Shown one piece after another: positions 14,105 to 20,788 of a stretch of 32,000 nt of DNA (position 1 is its first letter; each line of letters opens with the position of its first letter). Source of the DNA: Scandinavium sp. (GTDB taxonomy: Bacteria > Pseudomonadota > Gammaproteobacteria > Enterobacterales > Enterobacteriaceae); contig NZ_JBOFIN010000108.1 of the NCBI RefSeq assembly GCF_051650185.1, positions 29,889 through 61,888 on the forward strand. The letters are read 5' to 3'. The notes under the pieces were generated by a model. It was not told the DNA's origin, did no database searches, and was given only the letters and a program-made list of their open reading frames with translations. The position numbers were made by a program, and so were the translations under genes.

Positions 14105-14149
14105 TTGTCTGTGGAATAACCAATTTAGCAATTTCCTTTGTCTGTGGAA
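14105..14149. repeat. Two exact 12-bp direct repeats (TTGTCTGTGGAA) 33 bp apart, upstream of the reverse mini-gene
   Basis: The copies lie at 14105-14116 and 14138-14149. On the minus strand a TTTCCA-17-TAAATT promoter-like pair overlaps the distal copy. Confidence 0.6.
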
Positions 14150-14348
14150 AGCAGGGAAACCACGCGCCGGGCGTGGATAAATATCCCGGCAAAGCCAAGT
14201 CGCCAAGTGCGGCTTTTTTATTAGATACCCAAGGCGCTTTACGAGGCGCTTTCGTTATCTAACGGCGGCTATCCACCGCTATATCGGCAATTGCGCCGGA
14301 TGCATTTATCAACTGTTCAGTTTGCCGCGTTAAGGCTAAGAGAGAAAC

Positions 14349-14621
14349 ATGAAGATTGATTTTGATGTGAGTGCTGCTGGCGTTGATGTTTCAACCAGCG
14401 GTTATCGAGACCACCTCAATTTAGAGGTTCGCGGAGTTGAGATATCAGACCTCCTTTCGAGTATTGATGAAACCGTTCTCTTCGATGGAATAGACCTCGA
14501 AGATTATATCGATTGGGCCGACGGTAAAGGGAAAGCGCCCGATGTTTTAGGCCGGCTTGATGCTGATGAAGTTATCGCATGGCTGCGCAGCAACGGTCAC
14601 CTTGAGGAGCAAGAATCATGA
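14349..14621 (+). CDS. Highly acidic 90-aa protein (22 Asp/Glu against 7 Lys/Arg)
   Basis: ORF with GAGAGAAAC upstream. I counted the composition by hand. No family recognised. Confidence 0.6.
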   Translation: MKIDFDVSAAGVDVSTSGYRDHLNLEVRGVEISDLLSSIDETVLFDGIDLEDYIDWADGKGKAPDVLGRLDADEVIAWLRSNGHLEEQES

Positions 14622-14770
14622 CAATTAATCACCCTCTTCTTCGTAAAGCTCAAGAGAAAGCCCGTACAGCTCGTCAGAACCGCGACGGTGCCAAGTGGAT
14701 GGAAGCCAACGAAGAGATGAAGAAAGCCGCTGGCATGCCGTGGTATCGCTCGCAGCGTAACGCGCACTAA
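14618..14770 (+). CDS. Small basic 50-aa ORF absent from the ORF track, coupled to the acidic protein
   Basis: ATGA overlap at 14618-14621. Translation is MTINHPLLRKAQEKARTARQNRDGAKWMEANEEMKKAAGMPWYRSQRNAH. Confidence 0.5.
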   Translation: MTINHPLLRKAQEKARTARQNRDGAKWMEANEEMKKAAGMPWYRSQRNAH

Positions 14771-14843
14771 CCCCCTTCCACTTTCAACGACCAGGCAGAC
14801 AACAAGTTGCCGGGATTCGTGCACTAAAAATTCAGGAGAAACC

Positions 14844-15932
14844 ATGAGCGAAGTAACGGATTTAACCGTCATTGAGATTAAGCCGGAACAGGCTCCGGTG
14901 CTGTACGCACCAAACGGGCTGGATGCTTATCTTGAGCAGATCCGGCAGCAGGTCAACGAAGTTCCCGACCTGAGCACCAAGAAAGGCCGTGACCGTGTCG
15001 CCTCTCTGGCGGCGTCAGTATCCCGCAGCAAGACCGCAATCGAAAAGCCAGGACGTGAATACCTCAAGCGCCTGAAAGAGGCAGTGAAGCCAGCAGAAGC
15101 CGAAATTAAGCGCTTCGTTGATGCATGTGACGAGTTGCGCGACGCGACCCGCCGCCCTCTCACCGAATGGGAAGAAGAGCAGGAACGCATCAAGGCTGAA
15201 GAAGCCATGAACGCTATGCACGCCGAAGCGCTGGAAATTAACGTCGCATTCGATCGTCATCGCGCCGAAAAGCTCGAAGCAGACCACGAAATGGCCCTGC
15301 TGATGAACGACGCTTTCGACCGTGACCGCGAAGAGCAGCGCCGCCTGGCGGAACAGGCTCAGCGTGAGCGTGATGAAAAGATCCAGCGAGAAGCCGCTGA
15401 AAAAGCCACTCGTGATGCTGAAGAAAAAGCCAACCGTGAACGCCAGCAGCACCAGGATGCACTTAGTGAGATCAGCGGTATTCAGCAGCAGGTGATCATC
15501 GCTCAGTCTGGCCGTTTAGGTGTTCGCCAGGGCGGGACAATCCAGTGCATTAAAGACACGCTGGCTGAAACTGAGGCGTGGCCTATTGATGAGCGCTTTG
15601 GCTCATTGATGGTTGCGGCTGAAAATGCCAAGCAGCAAGCAATTGCACAAATTAAGCAATTGCTGAACAACGCAGAAACAATTCAAAAACAGCAGGAAGA
15701 AGCTGATCGCATTAAGCGTGAAGCCGAACAGAAAGAGCAGGCTCGCCTGGCTGAAGAGAAACGCATCGCCGATGAGAAAGTCAAACGCGAAGCCGATGTT
15801 GAGCATCGTCGTACAGTTAACCGCCGCGTCATTGCCGATCTGATTGTTCAGGGCATCCCTGAAGAATTCGCGCAGAAAGCTATGCTGGCAATCGCTGGCG
15901 GGAAAGTGGCTGACGCGCACATCAAATACTGA
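14844..15932 (+). CDS. Charged coiled-coil protein (DUF1351-like N-terminus), recombination-module accessory
   Basis: 362 aa with an AGGAGA RBS. It has long Glu/Arg/Lys/Ala-rich heptad regions. It sits just upstream of erf, as DUF1351 proteins do next to annealases. Confidence 0.6.
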   Translation: MSEVTDLTVIEIKPEQAPVLYAPNGLDAYLEQIRQQVNEVPDLSTKKGRDRVASLAASVSRSKTAIEKPGREYLKRLKEAVKPAEAEIKRFVDACDELRDATRRPLTEWEEEQERIKAEEAMNAMHAEALEINVAFDRHRAEKLEADHEMALLMNDAFDRDREEQRRLAEQAQRERDEKIQREAAEKATRDAEEKANRERQQHQDALSEISGIQQQVIIAQSGRLGVRQGGTIQCIKDTLAETEAWPIDERFGSLMVAAENAKQQAIAQIKQLLNNAETIQKQQEEADRIKREAEQKEQARLAEEKRIADEKVKREADVEHRRTVNRRVIADLIVQGIPEEFAQKAMLAIAGGKVADAHIKY

Positions 15933-15940
15933 GGTAAGTC

Positions 15941-16123
15941 ATGCTTCCAGCTCAATTAGCAAGGACACCAAAACAAAGCCATCTGAAACGCAAGAGCCTG
16001 CTTGTCGAGGCTCTCTACTGGCGCGATGAAGGCAACAGAAAGATGAAGCGCGTTTGTCTCAGCATGGCGCGGGATGAGCGATTAAACAAAGGCCTTTTCC
16101 TCGGCGATGAATTGCCGTTCTGA
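15941..16123 (+). CDS. Hypothetical protein (60 aa)
   Basis: ORF with a GAGG RBS, packed tightly between its neighbours. Confidence 0.4.
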   Translation: MLPAQLARTPKQSHLKRKSLLVEALYWRDEGNRKMKRVCLSMARDERLNKGLFLGDELPF

Positions 16124-16130
16124 GGTAATT

Positions 16131-16757
16131 ATGGACACAAAAAAAGTCTATGCGGCGATAAGCGGGGTTGCCTCTCAGCTTGCCGAACAAGGCATTCAAA
16201 AAGCCCGCAAGCAAGGCAGCCAGGTTAACTACGCGTTTCGTGGAATTGACGATGTCTATAACGCGCTGGCTCCGGCGCTAGTGAAACACAAACTACTGAT
16301 CCTTCCTCGCTATACGGAGCGAACCTGCGTAGAACGCCAAAGCAAAAGCGGTGGCGCGTTGTTTTACATCACTGTCCGCGGTGATTTCGATTTCGTTAGC
16401 ACCGAAGATGGTAGCGTTCACTCGGTGACGACTTACGGAGAGGCAATGGATAGCGGAGACAAGGCCACCAACAAAGCCATGTCTATTGCCTATAAATACG
16501 CTGCATTCCAGGCTTTCTGCATTCCTACTGAAGAGACCGCCATTGACCCTGACGCATACTCTCATCAGGTTCAGCCAGCTAACGCTGATCAAATCCTTTC
16601 AGAGTTCACTCAGTACGCAGGGAATGAGAATGACGGGAAGAAATTGCAGGCACGTTATAGCGAAGCCTGGACACGACTGAACGGCCATGCCGACCACCAG
16701 GCTAAGTGCAAAGACGTCACCGGAATTCGGCTCAAAGAGCTGAAACAGACGGCATAG
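16131..16757 (+). CDS. erf: ERF-family single-strand annealing protein
   Basis: 208 aa from the ATG at 16131 (GAGG RBS). YAFRGIDDVYNALAPALVKHKLLILP and DSGDKATNKAMSIAYKYAAFQAFCIP match ERF-family blocks as I recall them. Confidence 0.8.
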   Translation: MDTKKVYAAISGVASQLAEQGIQKARKQGSQVNYAFRGIDDVYNALAPALVKHKLLILPRYTERTCVERQSKSGGALFYITVRGDFDFVSTEDGSVHSVTTYGEAMDSGDKATNKAMSIAYKYAAFQAFCIPTEETAIDPDAYSHQVQPANADQILSEFTQYAGNENDGKKLQARYSEAWTRLNGHADHQAKCKDVTGIRLKELKQTA

Positions 16758-16798
16758 CCCGCCAATCTCACCACAGGACGGCCCCGCCCGTTACCGCT

Positions 16799-17080
16799 AT
16801 GAAACCAGAATCGATCCTCAACATTCTGCGCAAAGATGCGCGGAACAACATCACTGCGTTTCACCGCAGCCAAACGGTGCGAGGCGCACGTGCTCACACC
16901 GGGGGTATAACGCTTAACTACCACGAGCCCTATTACGAAGGATGGGCTCCTGCTCTTGCGATGCAGGAGGTTTTTATCGGTGCCGCAGAACTCAGCCAGA
17001 TTGAGAAATTCCTGACGGTTGAGTCATGGGGTAACGGGAACATCGGCGGCCGCATCTATCGCCTTAAGGAGCAGCAATGA
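16799..17080 (+). CDS. Hypothetical protein (93 aa)
   Basis: I prefer the ATG at 16799 (MKPESILNIL). ATGA overlap with the next gene. Confidence 0.5.
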   Translation: MKPESILNILRKDARNNITAFHRSQTVRGARAHTGGITLNYHEPYYEGWAPALAMQEVFIGAAELSQIEKFLTVESWGNGNIGGRIYRLKEQQ

Positions 17081-17541
17081 GACGTGAATCGTGGGAGTCA
17101 TGGGAGGAAGCATTCGTGCGTGAAGTCGGCACAACAATGCCGATCCCCATGATTGCCGAGAAACTGGAACGTTCGCCGCGCGCCATCCAGTGCAAGGCTG
17201 GCCGGCTGAATGTGAAGCTTGATGTCGGCTCGCCTGGTCGCCCATGGACAGAAGCAGAAGTTTTCCTCTTTGGACGCTTTACACCGGAGGAAATCGCTAC
17301 CGCTACCGGCAGAAGCATTTACTCCGTCAGAAGCAAACGCAACTTACTGGCCCGAGCGTCAGGAGGAAAGATTATGTCTGAATGGACAGCAGAAGAGTTA
17401 GCCCTGCTCTGGCGCCACAACAACGCCACGGTAGCCGAAATGACCGGGCGCAGCATTGAGGAAATCGCTGAGCGGCGGTTGCAGGCGAATTCAGACCGCA
17501 ACAACTGGCCTGAGTTTGACCCTGAGCGGGAGGATTCATGA
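17077..17541 (+). CDS. Protein with three tandem Myb/SANT-like helix-turn-helix repeats
   Basis: 154 aa. The repeats start WESWEEAF, WTEAEVFLF and WTAEELALL. Each is followed by a (A/T)xxxGRS/ERSxxxxxxxR segment. Confidence 0.55.
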   Translation: MRRESWESWEEAFVREVGTTMPIPMIAEKLERSPRAIQCKAGRLNVKLDVGSPGRPWTEAEVFLFGRFTPEEIATATGRSIYSVRSKRNLLARASGGKIMSEWTAEELALLWRHNNATVAEMTGRSIEEIAERRLQANSDRNNWPEFDPEREDS

Positions 17542-18089
17542 CCGATTACACCGGAAGCAAAACTCCAGCCGATCAGCGTGACCTGTGGCGAACGCCGCCA
17601 GCCCTCTTCGCAGCATTGAATGCGGAGTTCTGTTTTCAACTGGATGCCGCAGCAGCCGAGCAAAACACGCTGTGCCGCCGGTTCATCACCGAAGAGCAAG
17701 ACACGCTGAGCACTCCCTGGGTTGGTTATTTGACCTCTCCTGGTTATGCCTGGCTAAACCCGCCTTACAGCGATATCACTCCGTTTGTTAAGAAGGCCGC
17801 CGCCGAGAGCGACAATCAGATCGGCACGGTCATGCTGGTACCGGCAGACACTTCGGTTGGCTGGTTCCGTGAGGCTATCGAAACGGCCAGCGAGGTGCGC
17901 TTCATTACTGCTGGGCGACTGGCGTTTATCAACCCGGTCACCGGTAAGCCCGTCAGTGGTAACAGCAAAGGTTCCATCCTGATTATTTGGCGTCCCTATC
18001 CCAGAACGCACTGCGAATTCACTACGGTTGAGCGCGATGTGCTGATGGAGTTTGGCGCGAAATTATTGGCAAGACGGGAGGCCGCATGA
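17538..18089 (+). CDS. dam: Phage Dam-family DNA N6-adenine methyltransferase
   Basis: 183 aa. It has DLWRTPPALF, FQLDAAA, the catalytic WLNPPYS motif, and VMLVPADTSVGWF. Confidence 0.85.
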   Translation: MTDYTGSKTPADQRDLWRTPPALFAALNAEFCFQLDAAAAEQNTLCRRFITEEQDTLSTPWVGYLTSPGYAWLNPPYSDITPFVKKAAAESDNQIGTVMLVPADTSVGWFREAIETASEVRFITAGRLAFINPVTGKPVSGNSKGSILIIWRPYPRTHCEFTTVERDVLMEFGAKLLARREAA

Positions 18090-18544
18090 GCGAAGGAATT
18101 GATCTGCTTATTTATAACGATGAGTTCCCCGGATTTGCGTACAACAAAGTGACCGGTCAGTTCTTTGGAAGGAAGAGTGGAAAACCGATGCCGGAGAACA
18201 ACGACATCCTTCACAGTCTCAATCTCCGGCTTTCAGGTATCGGTAAGCCGACTGACTTCCTCACTGTCGAGCCTGATCCGGTTTATGACCGCGTGGTCAT
18301 GAATCCTCCTTTCGGCCGTCAGGCAGACATCAAGCACGTTTCTCACGCACTCAAATTCCTTAAACCGGACGGTCTGCTGGTATCGGTTATGGCTTCATCT
18401 GTGACGTTTCGCAGCAACAAGCTGACAACTGATTTCCGCCAACTCATCGAGGAGCGTGGCGGTCACATAGAAGAACTACCTGAAGGTGCATTCAAATCAT
18501 CAGGAACGATGGTGAATACCGTCATCGTGGTTATTCCTGGGTGA
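18086..18544 (+). CDS. Chimeric/truncated methyltransferase: motif IV (NPPF) and the C-terminal half are present, the SAM-binding motif I is absent
   Basis: 152 aa. YDRVVMNPPFG..HALKFLKPDGLLVSVM..LPEGAFKSSGTMVNTVIVVI looks like the distal part of a class I MTase. The first ~55 aa (LLIYNDEFPGFAYNKVTGQFFGRKSGKP) look unrelated, resembling an HNH/AP2-like N-terminus. Confidence 0.5.
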   Translation: MSEGIDLLIYNDEFPGFAYNKVTGQFFGRKSGKPMPENNDILHSLNLRLSGIGKPTDFLTVEPDPVYDRVVMNPPFGRQADIKHVSHALKFLKPDGLLVSVMASSVTFRSNKLTTDFRQLIEERGGHIEELPEGAFKSSGTMVNTVIVVIPG

Positions 18545-18608
18545 CGTAACTGATAGCCAGTTATGAGCTGGCTATTGGGTGCGAAAGCATCACCTCGTGA
18601 TCCCTTTT

Positions 18609-18635
18609 GCCCGGCCCCATGCCGGGCTTCTTTTT
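18609..18635 (+). terminator. Rho-independent terminator upstream of xis
   Basis: GCCCGGC-CCCAT-GCCGGGC followed by TTCTTTTT. Confidence 0.7.
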
Positions 18636-18649
18636 GCCTGGAGAAAACT

Positions 18650-18895
18650 ATGAGCGAAATGACCTTAATCGTTCCCAACGACTGGGTGACGGAGAAAAAA
18701 TTAATTGAGATAACCGGCCTTCGTAAAGGAACCATTGAAGCTGCCCGCAGAAATTCGTGGATGGTAGGCCGGGAATATTTACATGTTGCACCAGATGGAA
18801 ATCCAAAAGAAAACAGCGAATGCATGTACAACCGCAAGGCCGTCGATCAGTGGGTTGAGAGCCTCAAGAAAAATCAACCGGGTGCGCGCCAATGA
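18650..18895 (+). CDS. xis: Excisionase (DUF1233-type)
   Basis: 81 aa from the ATG at 18650 (GGAG RBS). It lies immediately upstream of int. GREYLHV and NRKAVDQWVES are typical of enterobacterial phage Xis proteins as I recall them. Confidence 0.7.
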   Translation: MSEMTLIVPNDWVTEKKLIEITGLRKGTIEAARRNSWMVGREYLHVAPDGNPKENSECMYNRKAVDQWVESLKKNQPGARQ

Positions 18896-18940
18896 AGATC
18901 CGTTTATGCTTGACGGGCTCTTGGACGTCAGGAGGGAACA

Positions 18941-20239
18941 ATGGCTAAGTCAGCATACCCAACAGGCGTTGAGAATCATGGCGGATCGTTACGCATATGG
19001 TTCATCTATAAAGGCAGCCGGGTACGTGAAAGTCTCGGTGTGCCTGATACACCAAAGAACAGAAAGGTTGCTGGCGAGTTGCGCGCGTCGGTGTGCTTTT
19101 CGATAAAGACCGGAAGCTTTAATTATTCAGCTCAGTTTCCCGATTCGCCCAACCTGAAGAAATTCGGCGTTGAACGTCGGGAAATCACAGTCATTGAACT
19201 GGCCAGGAAATGGCTTGAGTTGAAGAAGATGGAAATAAGTACCAATGCCCTGGGCAGGTATCAGTCTATCGTCAGAAATATGGTGCCAAGAATTGGAGAC
19301 AGCAGGCTTGCATCCTCGGTTACACCTGAAGATCTGCTGTTCATAAGGAAAGACCTGTTAACCGGCTACCAAGTCATGAAGAAGGGACACCGCACCCCGG
19401 TAAAAGGCAGGACTGTGCCAACAGTGAACAACTACATGGGCATTATGGCCGGTATGTTTCAGTTTGGTGCCGATAGCGGTTATATCAGGACCAACCCTTT
19501 CTCAGGCATAACACCTCTGAAGAAAGCGCGTGCGGAACCGGACCCACTCACCCGAGATGAGTTCGTTCGACTGATTGAGGCATGTCGTCATCAGCAACTG
19601 AAGAACATGTGGTCGCTGGCAGTCTATACCGGTGTTCGCCACGGTGAACTTGTATCACTGGCATGGGAGGATATCGATCTCAAAGCTGGAACGATGACGA
19701 TCCGACGTAACCATACTCTGACGAAGGAGTTTACTCTCCCAAAAACAGATGCAGGAACGGACAGGGTTGTTCACCTGATCCAGCCAGCGCTTGACGTACT
19801 CAGAAATCAGGCCGAACTGACGAGGCTTGGGAAGCAGTATCAAATTGAAGTAAAGCTCAGGGAGTATGGCAGGACAGAAATTCATCCGTGCACTTTCGTG
19901 TTCAACCCACAGATCGGAACGCATAACAGCCTGGCAGGGCATCATTACGCGGTTGGATCTATTAACCAGAGTTGGGAGGCAGCAATGCGGCGCGCCGGGA
20001 TTCGCTACCGCAAAGCATATCAGTCCAGGCATACATACGCATGCTGGTCTTTAACTGCCGGAGCTAACCCAAACTTCATAGCCAAGCAAATGGGCCACTC
20101 TGATGCTCAGATGGTTTATCGGGTCTACGGATCGTGGATGGCTGAAAACAATCAGGACCAGATACTCATTCTGAACCAAAAATTAAGTGAGTTTGCCCCA
20201 TCCATGCCCCACGCAATGGGATCGGATGTTAATAAATAA
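18941..20239 (+). CDS. int: Tyrosine integrase
   Basis: 432 aa with a GGAGGG RBS. The arm-binding N-terminus is GVENHGGSLRIWFIYKGSRVRESLG. The catalytic signature is RHGEL, YQSRHTYACW, GHSDAQMVYRVYGSW. Confidence 0.92.
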   Translation: MAKSAYPTGVENHGGSLRIWFIYKGSRVRESLGVPDTPKNRKVAGELRASVCFSIKTGSFNYSAQFPDSPNLKKFGVERREITVIELARKWLELKKMEISTNALGRYQSIVRNMVPRIGDSRLASSVTPEDLLFIRKDLLTGYQVMKKGHRTPVKGRTVPTVNNYMGIMAGMFQFGADSGYIRTNPFSGITPLKKARAEPDPLTRDEFVRLIEACRHQQLKNMWSLAVYTGVRHGELVSLAWEDIDLKAGTMTIRRNHTLTKEFTLPKTDAGTDRVVHLIQPALDVLRNQAELTRLGKQYQIEVKLREYGRTEIHPCTFVFNPQIGTHNSLAGHHYAVGSINQSWEAAMRRAGIRYRKAYQSRHTYACWSLTAGANPNFIAKQMGHSDAQMVYRVYGSWMAENNQDQILILNQKLSEFAPSMPHAMGSDVNK

Positions 20240-20248
20240 TAATATTCA

Positions 20249-20266
20249 GTAGGTTATGTAACCTAC
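20249..20266. repeat. Perfect 8-bp inverted repeat (GTAGGTTA-TG-TAACCTAC) at the prophage/chromosome junction, overlapping the fliE stop codon
   Basis: Read directly from the sequence. On the fliE strand it is followed by AT/T-rich sequence (TGAATATTATTATTTATT). Confidence 0.6.
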
Positions 20267-20574
20267 ACCTGCATGCTCATCATTTCCTGATAAGCCGCTA
20301 CCAGCTTATTGCGCACCTGAATGCCCATCTGCAACGAGACGGACGATTTTTGCAGGTCGGTCATCACATCGTTTAATGCCACGCCCGGTTCCCCTATCGC
20401 AAACTTCTCGGCCTGGGCTTTGGCGCTGTTTTGCGTTTCGCTGATGCGGTCGAGCGCAGAGCTTAACTGCCCGGCAAAGCTGATGGACGGCTGTTCTTCA
20501 ACTGCCTGATTGCGGGCGACGCTGGCGGCTGCCTGCATCTGCGTCAGTACCCCTTCGATACCTGTGATGGCCAT
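20263..20574 (-). CDS. fliE: Flagellar hook-basal body protein FliE
   Basis: 103 aa, near-colinear with E. coli FliE ([47 protein letters not shown]). Confidence 0.97.
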   Translation of the reverse strand: MAITGIEGVLTQMQAAASVARNQAVEEQPSISFAGQLSSALDRISETQNSAKAQAEKFAIGEPGVALNDVMTDLQKSSVSLQMGIQVRNKLVAAYQEMMSMQV

Positions 20575-20788
20575 GTTTATCCCCTGGTCGATGTCATGGA
20601 GGATGAGATTAGCAGCTTGTCAATAAGATAAAGGCGCTAATTAGCGTGAAAAAACCCGACTATTTGACCCATAGAAAATCGCGGAACGTCAAATAATGGC
20701 ATGGCTATCACTTTGCCTTTGCCGACCGGGAGTCAGCCTTGTTTTTGTCCACGTTTAACACCAGCGATCCGTATTTGCGAGGTGCGCA
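20575..20788. promoter_or_regulatory. Divergent fliE/fliF class 2 promoter region
   Basis: Assigned by synteny only. I could not confidently place the FlhDC boxes or the -10/-35 elements by eye. Confidence 0.5.

Larger units (their letters stand above)
1..20248. mobile_element. Lambdoid prophage, int-proximal ~20 kb (lysis, Q, nin, replication, immunity, N, recombination, xis, int). Morphogenesis genes and the second att site lie beyond the left edge.
   Basis: Gene order and recognisable products follow the lambda/P22 early and lysis map. The phage-type sequence ends 23 bp before the fliE stop codon. Confidence 0.9.

Noticed and set aside
14927-15920. Several minus-strand ORFs (93, 145, 74 and 105 aa) inside the 362-aa coiled-coil gene.
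   Set aside because: They are antisense translations of a repetitive GAA/GCN-rich coding region. They have no RBS and are Phe/Leu-rich mirror ORFs.
18909-18924. CII-box-like motif CTTGACGGGCTCTTGG upstream of int, resembling the PRE box TTGCGGGCTGTTGT, as a PI promoter.
   Set aside because: The repeat spacing is off by one. The motif is only ~20 nt from the int ATG, so the implied start site would fall inside int. The CGGGCT similarity may be coincidental.
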